Shown here: positions 12,287 through 24,572 of the stretch, one piece after another
Layout of the letters: the number at the start of each line of letters is the position of its first letter
Position numbering within the stretch: position 1 is the stretch's first letter
From: Macrostomum lignano
Lineage: Eukaryota
Assembly: GCA_002269645.1 (NCBI GenBank)
Contig: NIVC01000415.1
Location: forward strand, 62,001 to 126,000
Reading direction: 5' to 3'
Length of the DNA: 64,000 nucleotides
Notes under the pieces: generated by a model
Database searches by the model: none
What the model saw: the letters and a program-made list of their open reading frames with translations, nothing else
Told to the model about the DNA's origin: nothing
Translations under genes and position numbers: made by a program

Positions 12287-15200
12287 TCACTCGGCAATTT
12301 TCTTCTCACCCCCAGAGCCGCCGGAGGCCAGCGATCTCAGCAGGCGATTGCCGCAGATAAAAGTTGGCACGCCCAATAGGCACAGATAGCGCAGGGTTTC
12401 AAACATATTGAGACAGCTCCAATAGAAGAAGTATAGGATTAATATACCGGCTAGGCCGATGTGGAACAATAGAGCCGGCACTGAGGTGACAAATCCGGAT
12501 AGATTAGCGCCGAGATAAGCCCACAGGATTAGCAAGATGGCTAGCGGAGCCAGGCACAGGATGGTGAAACCCATAGCAATAGAGGCCGGCGCCATCTTGT
12601 CCGGCTGCCTAAACACGTGCTGAATCTCCGGCTTAGGCTTCAGAGCGGCTCGCTCGGTCTCCTGCGGGGTGGCAACTGCGCCGGGCTTATTGGCTTCATC
12701 TGGTATGTCCAGCTTCACGTCGGCCAGGTGCCAAACTAGAGACTTGTCAATCAGAGCATCGCCAACGATTAACTCCATGGCGTACAGGCCGGACAGATAG
12801 TCCAGGTTCTTGCCACCGGTGGCCAGGTCAACGCTGAACTTGTACGTCTGGGGCGAATTTTATGTTGAGATGCTTTTGTTAGGGGCGGTTCTGGATGGCG
12901 ATTCTTGAGTGCAATGTAGGTGCCCTTTTGGGGGCGGATTGTGGATTTTATTGGGGGCGGATTGTGGATTTCAATTGGGGCGGATTGTGGATTTCAATTG
13001 GGGCGGATTGTGGATTTCAATTGGGGCGGATTGTGGATTTCAATTGGGGCGGATTGTGGATTTCAATTGGGGCGGATTGTGGATTTCAATTGGGGCGGAT
13101 TGTGGATTTTATTGGGGCGGATTGTGGATTTATAGGGGATGGATCGTGGTGATTATTTGCGGCGAATTGTGGATCTTTGCGGGTGGATTGTGATATTGAT
13201 TTCTAAGCGCGGATTATGGATTTTTAGGGGGCGGATTATGGAGTTTATTAGGGGCGGATTATGAAGTTTATTGGAGGCAGAATATCGACTTTGTTGGGGC
13301 GGATTATGGATTTTATCGGGGCGGATTGTGGTGATTGCTGGGGGCGGTTTATGGAGTTTATTGGGGGCGGATTATGGAGTTTATTGGGGGCGGATTATGG
13401 AGTTTAATGGGGGGCAGATAACGGAGTTTATTGGGGGCTGATTATGAAGTCTATTGGCGGCGGATTATGGAGTTTATCAGGGGCGGATTATTGAGTTTAC
13501 TGGGCGCGGATTATGGAGTTTACTGGGGGCGGATTATGGAGTTTATTATGGGCGGATTGCGGATATTATTGGGGCGGATTGTGGTGATTATTGGGGGGCG
13601 GATTCTGGTGATTATTGGGGGGGGGGCGGATTCTGGTGATTATTGGGAGGGGGCGGATTCTGGTGATTATTGGGGGGCGGATTCTGGTGACTATTGGGGG
13701 CGGATTCTGGTGATTATTGGGGGCGGATTCTGGTGATTATTCGGGGGGGGCGGATTCTGGTGATTATTGGGGGGGTCCGATTCTGGTGACTATTGGGGGG
13801 CGGATTCTGGTGATTATTGGGGGGCGGATTCTGGTGATTATTAGGGGGGGGGGCGGATTCTGGTGATTATTAGGGGGGGGGCGGATTCTGGTGATTATTG
13901 GGGGGGGCGGATTCTGGTGATAATTAGGGCTTAAATATGTGGACAATATAGTTCAGCTCACCTTGTCCTTATCGGGCTCGGCAACAAAGATGGCCTCTTT
14001 ATTGGCGGTCAGATGGTTGAGTCGGATAAAAGCCTGATGCACAGTTACCGGAGTGTTGTCGCCAGACATAGTGATCTGATTAGGGATAGGTTTATAGAAA
14101 AGTAGTATACAATGGACAGCCATATAATAAAAATCGCAGCAAATTGAGCCAATAGAGTAGTGCTAGAGAAAAAGCGAATACTCACCTGAAACTTAGCAGA
14201 CAGTCGTTGATGAGAATCAGCCTCCAGCTGACTTTTAGCCTTGGCCGGATAGGTCAGTTTAACGGGCACGGGAGCCGACTGCTGGTCCCGATCGGCCACG
14301 GCCACTTCCATAGACTGCACAGCAACTGTGGACACGACCTTGACTTGCAGAGCAATCGAAGCAGGGAATAGGAATCGTTTCTCGCTAGACTTAGCCGACA
14401 CAGTCAGCTGATAGAATCCCACAGTAGGCTTAGCCTTCATAAAATCGATATTGAAAACCGAACGCTCCGAGGCTGAAGCAACCGACATGGCGGCGTCTTT
14501 AAGAAACACGGCGCCGCTGCCGGTGTTTTTAGCGCTGGCCAGGGTCACGGAGGCGCCGGCCGGGCTCACTGGACGGCCCCAGACGTCGGCTAGTTGAACG
14601 GACACCACGCCGGAGCCGCTAGATTTGGACAGAGTGGCGCCGCTCTTCAAAAACAGCACTACTGGCGATTGGACGCTGCTATCGGCAAACGACTTCAATG
14701 CCACGAGCAGCTGGGCGGCCGATTTCAACTGATAAATCTGCCGACGGCTAAGCAGATAATTGGCCAGTTTTACCAGCTTGTCGGCTGGGGCCACAGCTTC
14801 GCCGAGCTTGTCGGTGGTCTGCGGTTTTATTTAAGAGATGTTTGGATGGTTAAAACAGTGATTTTAGCTGCGATTAGATAGAAACTTTGCTATTTACAAT
14901 CCTGTCATTTGGAAATCGGGACTAAGGCCCTTCATGGAGAGACAGCCGCGCCTTCCTCTTCGAAATCCTTTAGATAGTGGGCGCTAGCACCCTTTTACAA
15001 GGTCCTTCGGGCAGTAAGCCGGTATCACCTACCCTACAACGTCCTTCGTGCTGTGGGCCGCTATCACCCACCCTACAAGGTCCTTCGGACTGTGGGCCGC
15101 TATCACTCACCACCCTACAAGGTCCTTCGGACTGTGGGCCGCTATCACCCACCCTACAAGGTCCTTCGGACTGTGGGCCGCTATCACTCACCACCCTACA

Positions 15201-16335
15201 AGGTCCTTCGGACTGTGGGCCGCTATCACCCACCCTACAAGGTCCTTCGGACTGTGGGCCGCTATCACTCACCACCCTACAAGGTCCTTCGGACTGTGGG
15301 CCGCTATCACTCACCACCCTACAAGGTCCTTCGGACTGTGGGCCGCTATCACTCACCACCCTACAAGGTCCTTCGGGCAGTGGGCCGCTATCATCCTACA
15401 AGGTCCTTCGGGATGTGGGCCGCTATCATTCTACAAGGTCCTTCGGGCAGTGGGCCGCTATCATCCTACAAGGTCCTTCGGGCAGTGGGCCGCTATCATC
15501 CTACAAGGTCCTTCGGGCAGTGGGCCGCTATCATCTTAAAGGTCCTTCGGGCAGTGGGCCGCTATCATCCTACAAGGTTCTTTGGGCAGTGGGCCGCTAT
15601 CATCCTACAAGGTCCTTCGGGCTGTGGGCCGCTATCATCCTACAAGGCCCTTCGGGCTGTGGGCCGCTATCAAAACAGCCAAAAAGTCACCTTGAGCAGA
15701 GCCTCAGTAACCAAAGCAGTGGTGTAGACTCCCTTATCATAGTACAGATACTGTCCATCCGACTCGTCAGCCTGCAGCAGGGCGTCCTTCATATCGCCTT
15801 TGAACTTGGCTAGGTCAGCCTTATCTAAACCGATCCGCAGTCCAGCGAGCAGGACGCAAGCCACTGTTCCGGCGCTAGAATCGTCTTTAAGCAATCGATC
15901 CATAACAGAGCGAACTTTCTTAGCATCTAATGGTAGTTTCTCATTCTTCAGAGTCGTAACCAACTGTAGCAGAGATTCTGCGCTAAGACTGGCATCATCT
16001 AAACGGGCTTCGAGACCTTTGAGAGCGCCGCCCAGACTGCAGGCTGGCTTAGCCAGACTGGCGGCCACTGAGGCGTGATAAGCGGCTTCGATGTTGGAGG
16101 GATTCGCCGATTTCTTCACCACCTCACAGACTCCAGATGGGGCATCAACGCCAAGAGTTGTCAAGCCCAGCAGAGCATAGTGAGCTGTGGCAGCGTCATC
16201 AAGAGGCCAAGAGGCTTTAAATACTCCAGCTAGGCGAGCTTTGTCTACCTTGGACAGGTAGCCAGACATTGTCAGGCCATTGCAACTAACAATGGCAATG
16301 CTTAACAAAAGCCCAAATAGAATTTGCAATTGCAT
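12287..16335 (-). CDS. RPN2: Ribophorin II (oligosaccharyltransferase subunit), complete, ~650 aa; exons 16335-15691, 14818-14186, 14075-13962, 12847-12287
   Basis: Signal peptide MQLQILFGLLLSIAIVSC; VHQAFIRL..KEAIFVAEPD (exon 3, absent from the ORF track); YKFSVDL..SGLYAMELIVGDA; KPEIQHVFRQPDK; three C-terminal hydrophobic segments ending GNRLLRSLA. All junctions are phase-0 GT-AG. Confidence 0.95.
12925..13920 (+). repeat. Compound G-rich ~22-23-bp minisatellite (GGGGCGGATTGTGGATTTCAATT changing to GGGGCGGATTCTGGTGATTATT) in RPN2 intron 3
   Basis: Tandem units with a shared GGGGCGGATT core and gradual variant turnover. Confidence 0.93.
14990..15672 (+). repeat. ~37-43-bp minisatellite (CAAGGTCCTTCGGACTGTGGGCCGCTATCACCCACCCTA) in RPN2 intron 1
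   Basis: About 17 units; explains ORFs 14970, 14977, 15048 and 15053. Confidence 0.95.
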
Positions 16336-18854
16336 TATTGTTAATTGTAGCTTAAATTATATTCTTTTAAATTGATCAAAGCATGAATTCAGAGTAACAA
16401 ATAAATTTCTGTGATACCATCTATACTCCATACACTGATATATTGCTTAGATAAGACCTTTAAAAAAACATATTTAAGATTTACACTTATCTACCTAGGG
16501 TTTGCAAAGGCAGGATAGCAATGGCAACATGTTGATTGGTATCGTTTTTTGCCTATTAACATTGGTACTCACCTATTTCACAAATTCATTTTTGCCACAT
16601 TATAACATAGAAAAAAAAATACTTTTAATTATTTTGCTATGGCATTTTTATTGTTTGCAATTATACTGTAGTGATAAATATAAAGCAAAATTATTAAATA
16701 AGTATTGAAAATTTAGCTACCAATTAGTAAAATTCTTTATTTTTGTCAAATATGTCCATGGTAAAATTTGTTTGTTGCCAAATTGATCAGCCCCTTTTTA
16801 TACTAGGTGTGCTAGATACATGTCTTAGGTATACCTGTAAGGACAAAATTTTATGTATATTTGAATTATTTTTAAGTTTGCAAATTAGCGCTCTTGGAGT
16901 TTTCTAAAAATTATAGCATTTCATATTAATAAATTATATTATTTCAATATACTTATATTATAAACTATTTAAACTGCTTGTAATTATATTTGACTGTATT
17001 GCTTTTTGGCTTTGTAAAGAGAAATTTGATTTGGCTTAAGATTTAGTAGTTCACTAGCCATTTAGCCCCCCACTGGGGGGCCACAAATATGACGCTAAGT
17101 GGTGTTTATTTTGGCCCAAGAGTAGAGCTCGAATGGGATCCCGATCCCAATCTTGAATTCTCAGGATCCCGAAGATTTTTTGGGAATTTGGGATCGGGAT
17201 CCAGAAGGCTTAGAGAACTTGGGATTCAGGAGCACAATAGATTGATAATGAAGATGATGCTTTCAACAATCAAGAGCAGTAATCAATACTAAGCTAATTT
17301 TTGTAACAGCAACTATAAACATGTTGAAAGTCTGACCTTGAATTCACCAAATAAAGCAGCAGATTTTTACTTAGTAACAGATTTGTAAAGAGTTGTACTC
17401 GTAAATAATGAACTAATGAGTATGAGGCTTTTCACGAAGCGATTCCAGAAACAGAATTTTACAAGAAAAAAGCAGTATAACTAACGCAATTCAATATTAC
17501 ATTAATGCAGAACAGTCGCCTTTTGTGCGATTTTTAGCCACTTTGTAACTCTTACTTTCAGAAAAAGTCTACAATGGCTCTTGATTCCTTTTTATTTAGG
17601 CGCTCGAAAGTTAGCTATTTGCAAACTTTGCAAAAAGGGTCTGGAACAAGAATTGACAATATGAAAAGCCCCTCATGGATTTTTTGCTTTACGCGCCTTT
17701 AATTGTCACCCAATTGAAGCTAATTTTAGATATTTGGCTGAAGGCACATTATAACAACTTGAGCATTTTTTACATTTGTAGTTGTGGACTTGTTTCTTTC
17801 ATTTTATCAATAAGCATATCACATTAATAATTTCAGAATAATTGTCCTAAGTTGACTGCACTGTGAGTTGACTCTACTAACTTGGCGACATTGCATTAGT
17901 ATCTATCATGCAATGCTTTCAACATTCTGGATTGCACATTTATGGCTAGTAAGTATGTCAGTGGCATGATTTTTAATTTTGTAGCAGTGGCATTGTCAAT
18001 TTGTTTTTTATAGACTGAACTGATCCCTATTTGTTGAATACTTGAATATAAACGTTGTATTATACTATAAAAAGAAATGAAGCCATAGCATTAACATTCA
18101 ATGCCTATTGCTTATAGCCAAGAAAACGAATATAATTATTGCTGTTAAGTTGATTCTTCCAGTCTTATTTATTTCTTTGCTAAAAACGAAAAGCACAGTA
18201 TAAAACTAAAAACTGGGATTATTATTTCTCAATGGCAAAACAAAGGATTCTTTTTGGAGTGGCGCTATACAATACTAGGAGTCGGAGATTAGAGCACCAG
18301 CATTATGATTTTGTTGAATATTGCATTACATTGATTATAATCATTGGATAGACAAAACATACATGTACAAAATAAGTAATATTGTATATTTGTATACAAT
18401 TATACAAATACTTGAAATACAAATGTTAACTAACTAATATATATTTATAGTTTCTTGTGAATTTTTTTATTTGTGTTTATTTCTTGTATAGCTATTACTA
18501 TTGACTATTAGGGCATTAGGCTAGAGCTATTAGATCAACCATCAAGGCTGAATAGCATAGATAGTCAGATAAAACTATCCTTGAATCCTTGATTCATTAG
18601 TTAGTAAGTAATATATTCCCAAATCCCGGATTCCCGAATCCCAAATACTAATCCTGAATCCCGATCCCAAAATTATTTTCAATCCTGATCCTGCCCAATC
18701 CCAAAAATTATTCTGGTCTATATTAGCAGAAATCAACATCACTTGTGTGTACTATTTTATTATCTGAATTAAATGAGCTACTTGAGCCGTATTACTTGAC
18801 TATTTGACAATTGCTCAACAATCTAACCCCTCTCCCAACAATTCAGCCATCCCT

Positions 18855-19580
18855 CCATGAGCCTTGATATCTCAATAATTTCCCTAGTAGGCCTTGACAT
18901 CTCAGAAATTCCCCCAATAAGCCTTAAAATTTAGCAATTCCACTAGTAAATATTGAAATCTCAGCAATTCCCTTAGTAAGCATTGAACTGGGAACTTTGA
19001 AAATCTTAGGAGCCTTTGAAATCTCAGCTATTCCCCTGTGAACCTTAGCATCTCAGCAATACCCAAGAGTCACAGCCTATAGCATTACAGGGATCCCCCA
19101 TGAGCTTTGAAATCTCAGTGATTCCATAATGAGCCTTGATATCTCAGCAACTCCTATTTGAGCCACATAGAAATATGTGGAAGAGAAATATCCCTATGTG
19201 TTGCAATCATAACAATTCCCTTGAGCACTGAGGCACATTATAATTCAGATATCCCTTGTGAGCCTTGACATCTTAGCAATTCCCCAATGAGTCTTTTATG
19301 TTTGAAAAGCCAATTCATTTATGGTTTACACCTTACTTTTACCTTAACAATGTCGGCAATTCCCCCAATAGTCGCAGCATTCCAGTACTTGTAGTTATCT
19401 CAATGAGCCTTGACAGCAAAGCATTTTATTGAGCCTTGATACCTCAGCAATTTTTCAAATGAACCTTGAAATCATAACAATTCTCCCCAGAATGACATCA
19501 TTATAACAATTCCCCTGAGCCTTGACATGACATCTCAGAATGTCTATCATGAGCCTTGACATCTCAGCAATTCCCAATGA
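18855..19580 (+). repeat. Old, degenerate tandem repeat with core GAGCCTTGA(C/A)ATCTCAGCAATTCCCC
   Basis: Core recurs about 15 times at irregular spacing in AT-rich intergenic DNA. Confidence 0.7.
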
Positions 19581-22265
19581 GTCTTTTATGTTTGACACAG
19601 TGCTTCTGTTATACTGTTATACGAGTATATTGACAGTCTTGCAAAACTCAGCATTTAGCAATGCCTTAGTTTTGCAGAATCTTTTGCAGTTTAGCAATGG
19701 TTCACCAGCAGTTTTGCAATGATGGCTCACCAGCACTGTTTAACACAATCAGTGAACAGATGGCCACTAATCTCAATGCTTCTCAATAATTGAAACCATT
19801 TGAAATGTTTGCAACTTGCAGTTGAAATTTGATTTGCAATTTTATTACATATATATTACTTTATTATATGCGTCAGATTAGCATTGCTCTCCCCGATTAG
19901 CACTGCTCACCCAGATTAGCAATACTCTGCAAATTAGCACTTAAAAACAATTAGCTCTAGAAGCTTAATGTAGCTCCAGCAAAAGTATCTATGAATTAAA
20001 ATGTTAAAAAATGCATTAATCTGCATGCATGGGAGACATTTGCTGCTCAATGCAGACTTGAACTGCCAACCTTCTACCAAAAGCCAAAAGATACCAAAAG
20101 CCTACCAAATTTGTATAATAATATGTTATATCTATAAAAATTACAATTTATACATTTTTAACAACATAGAAGTCAGTTTTGCATTATTAAATTATCATAT
20201 TTTTAAGTAAATATGCATAAAAAACTTGAGACTAATTAGTAACTTATATATTCTTATTTTTAGTATCTCACATACCTTGGAAATTTCCTATATATATATA
20301 TACATGTTTTTTGCTATGGCTAATAGAAATAGGAAATTCTAATTAAAATTATAAGAATAGTTTAGGTCTAAGCTAAATTTAAATGAAACAAATAAAGAAA
20401 TCTAGACCCTAATACTAATGCCAATTCTGTACAATAACATATTGATTTAATATACAATGTTGATTACGCTTAAAATAATAAAAAGGTGATTAATTTACTA
20501 TTCTTAAGCCTAGGGCTAGGGCCTATGCATTTTATACTTGATCTTTTATTAGTTTAAACATTATTTAAAAGCAAATAATTTTTATAAAAGTTTTAGCCTA
20601 TATTATTATTACACAGTTACACATTATTATTGGTCAAAAATTTTAGTTGAACTAGATCTTTTTTAACACATTAAATTTTTTTAAGGGGCAATAAGACTTG
20701 GGTTAATGGTTAGAAGCAAGGCCTAGTTTGTTGTCATCCCAAAATATGCAAAAACCAAATATCTAGGTCTAGGTTTATAATATAAGTTAGGCCTATATTA
20801 TATAATCTAAATTTGTATTCTATAATTTATTTTATAAACTTTTAATTTAAAGCCAAAGGTTTAATTTTCTTTGTAATTTTTTTACATTTTTTAGGTCTAA
20901 TTTTACTTAGACTTAACTTAGAAGCCAACTTTTAAATATTAGTTTCATATAAACCTTGCAAAGTCAAAGATAAAAGTTTATTTGCAAAGTATTAGGAGGC
21001 CCATGAGTCAAAACATGACTAGGCCTATGAGAAGATCATGATATTGATTGACAGTTAGGCCCTAATGATAGGCCGCTATTGATAGTGATATTGCTAATTG
21101 TGTATCTAGATTGCAAAATCTACACTTTGGATCATGTAGTATATGCCAGAAAATTTGGGCCTGCATTAGCCTTGCATGCCAAAATTAGGCATGCACAGTT
21201 GGCGTGCATTACTCCTGAGAAAAAAGTATGCGTGCACACCTGGTGTGCACTTTATAGAATCACGCGCAAGAGTTATTGTAAAATAAATAAAAAATTCATT
21301 TTAAGGCGCAAATTTCAAGCTTTCCGGTTTTTTCCAGCTTGTAAAAGAGTATTTAAACAAATCTTTGTGTGTATAAACTTTTCGCTATAAATAGTATCGC
21401 TGAAAAAACTTTAAAAAGCAACTAAATTATCTAATAATAAGGTTCTATTATGCAATGTAAAAAAGGTATTTTATTGTCACAACATAAAAAAGGTCATTTA
21501 TTGTCGCAAAAACCGGTGTATCTCAGCAACAGCATCATCTTGTAACATATTCAAGTAGGGGCCTAAGTAGTACTAAAGTGTAATAGCGGTACCTTTTGTT
21601 TCTTATAAACTCGTTTTTCAAATTAGCGCGAAATTAATATTTGTTGTTTTAATACTCAAAATATTTTCAACTTGTAACAATTTGTTTAAAATACACGCGA
21701 TCAACTAGTATAAAAGGAAGAGAATTGTAGGCAAGAAAAGATAACACTCGTTTGTTAGCTATAAGCTCAAAACGTGTTCGATAAACATTCTCAGATCTTT
21801 GCTCATTTTAAAAGTATTGAAAGACAGAATTGGGAATTCATGCAAAGAGAGTACTAAGAGTGATCGCTGTGACCCTCTAATCTTGGTAACGCCCAGACTG
21901 GAGAGAGAAAGTACATATACCAGTAAGACCGCTTAGGCCATATACTAAGAATGCTACCAGACTAATATACTAAGAACGCTACCAGATTAATACATAAGAT
22001 GCTACTAGTATATTTAAATGAAATTCTAAGAAACAGTTAGAGATACCAAAGGCAGAATTTTGTATCAGCAGAGAAAATTGAAAACCTGTAACAACTTGGT
22101 GGCAGCTTGTAGGATATTTAATAAACACTAGCATCAATAGTTAGAAATTTAGAAAGACAAAGCCAGAAGGCCTATCACAGCTAGTGTCAGCAGTGGGATT
22201 GTTCATAAAGACAGAGGAATAACACCTGTCACAAAAGTACTAATTTTACTTAATAAAGAAGCAAA

Positions 22266-22507
22266 CTGGGTTTATTTTTTGTGCATAGAGTGTGCATATG
22301 CACCCTAAATTTTAAAATTGCACCTAGAAATTGAAAAGTGGGTGCGGTTTAAGTGTGGTCTCATAACCTATTTTTTCATTAAAACCTTAGTTGCACTGCC
22401 TTGAAATAAAAAATAGAGAAATTGCACTCTGAGCCTTAAAATTGCACCTTGAAATTAAGTATAGGGTGCAATTTTGCACATTGTCTCTGGCAAAAAATAA
22501 AACCCAG
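22266..22507. mobile_element. 242-bp MITE (non-autonomous DNA transposon)
   Basis: Terminal inverted repeats CTGGGTTT(T)ATTTTTTG (22266-22281 / 22491-22507) flanked by an exact 8-bp direct repeat GAAGCAAA (22258-22265 / 22508-22515); no coding capacity. Confidence 0.75.
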
Positions 22508-24572
22508 GAAGCAAATCAAATCAAAATTTAAATTGGAATAGGCCTACATTTCACATTTACATAGGCCTATGTGATGTGGGGTTTTAAAAGATGCCACTCA
22601 ATATGAGGCAATTAATGGAAATTAGTGCGATAGGCCTATAATAAACTATACTATAGTTGTGGGCCTAATCATGTTCATATTATAATACTTTGTAAAAATT
22701 ATAATTTATAATGAAAATTAGGCCTAGGCTAGTCTTAGGATTTGGGACCCCAAATCTTAGGACTGGAAATCCTGGGATTTAGGCCCAATCCTGGGATTTT
22801 GGGTCCTATCCTGGGATCCCGGGATTGCAATCCTTATTATTGTGTGAAATATGGTAGCTCATGGTGGATTGATTTTGGAGGAATAAGGGTAGTAATGACT
22901 AATTTGACAAATTTCATGGTTTAGGGCCTAACTGTGATTCAATATTTAGACTTAGACTATACATTACACATACATTAGTTATATGTATGTTATATCATAG
23001 GGCCTAGACATATAGGGAATAATAGGGATGACACATTCAGTGTTCACTGCAACTATTAGCAAGCAAAATTTCAAGTTTCCACCTCAAAACAAGTGGTTGG
23101 CTTCAATCAAACTCTAGTAAAAACTCTCCACAGCTCCTTGGTCCTCACCAGGCTAGAGCTAGCGGCTAGCCTAGCCCTAGCCCTAGCCCCTAACCTAAGG
23201 CTAGGGCCTAACTGGCTAAGTTAGCTAGGGCCGGCCTGCGTTGTGAAACAAATTTTATCACCAACACGGATCACCAACACGGATTGAGAAAAGCTGACCA
23301 CTGGTTTAGGGTGGAAGCTTTGAAATGTATCCTAGCATAGGCCTAACTCTTAACAAGCTTTTCGCTTGTAACATCTCTACTTCAAATAATAATTATTCAT
23401 AAACTTGACAAGCTGTTGGCACGAGCATTTAAAAAAAACTCTTACATTCAACGCAGTGAAACAAAACACGTAAACAAAAAAATTTCAGCTTGTACTTTTT
23501 ACGCTACTAATTTGAATTACTTACTCAGCACAGTTTTAAATGTCAGAATATAATTTTATATCCTATTTATTAAATGTCGCTTACCCGCGTCGTGGGCTAA
23601 AACATCATTTTACATATCGTATGCATAATTTGGGACTTGTATGGCGTTGCTCTTAATATAAAATTTTACGGTTCAAAGTGCTAGCGGAGCACTGGTAATA
23701 TATAGCTTGCTTTTATTAATAAGTAGAAACGGGATAGAATAATTTATCGCGTAGAAAATTTAGTCATATCCATTAGTCAAATGCAGCTAGACTTTATATA
23801 TACTTCATGTACGACTGCAAAGTATGTCAAACGTTTTTTTGCAAAACTTTAAACCTTTTTGCTCCGTATGCAAATACATTTTGGATCACTAAATGTTGAC
23901 GTTGAAACACCGTTACTTATAGTGGTCCTTAGTACTTAAAGTAGGCTTGCGGAAGTGTACGTTGCTCGACAAAAGTAGTATTAAAAACAGAACGTCAAAA
24001 ATATTCAGTTCTTGCTTCTTTCAAAATCGTTTACCAACGCTAATCGTTAGCGGACATCATCAGGAAAACTCATGTCAGTTGGTTCACATTGGACCTCAAA
24101 TATATTAGATAAAAAGTGAAAAAAATTAAATAATATGAGAACAATTTTTAATGCAAATTTATAATAATAAAATGAAGAGCTTGCCAGTAACAATCACATA
24201 CTGAAGTTGTACTTTTATAGTGTCGATAGATTTTACTTGGCTAATAAAAGTTTTTCACCAATTTAATTTTAAACACTCACCATTGAGTTGGTAGCGTTAA
24301 TTGTGAGTGACATGTAAGAGCTAATTTAGTTTGATGAGTTTACCGACAACAGGATAAAGCGATTCTTATCAACAGTAGTGTACTTTTACACTATAAAGAT
24401 GTAAATAAAAGTTTACATTTTATGCAGCCTTATTCAGTCTGAACAGAAGTGACTGCAACGACAAAACATTTTTAAATTTTTATAATCCGTAGATCTTCGA
24501 CACGAATATACGTTAGGGGTATGAGTGTCTTATCACTGAGTCAATTGAGACTCAATAACTTCAAAGCTCATA

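Noticed and set aside
12895-15813. Repetitive ORFs in RPN2 introns 1 and 3
   Set aside because: Minisatellite translations inside defined introns.
17120-22835. GGGATCCCG/GGGATT-rich patches at ~17120-17235, ~18615-18715 and ~22740-22835 as transposon termini
   Set aside because: They resemble subterminal repeats of non-autonomous DNA elements, but I could not pair TIRs or find a TSD.
23160-23215. CCCTAG/CCCTAA run resembling telomeric repeat
   Set aside because: Only a few degenerate units; not distinguishable from low-complexity sequence.
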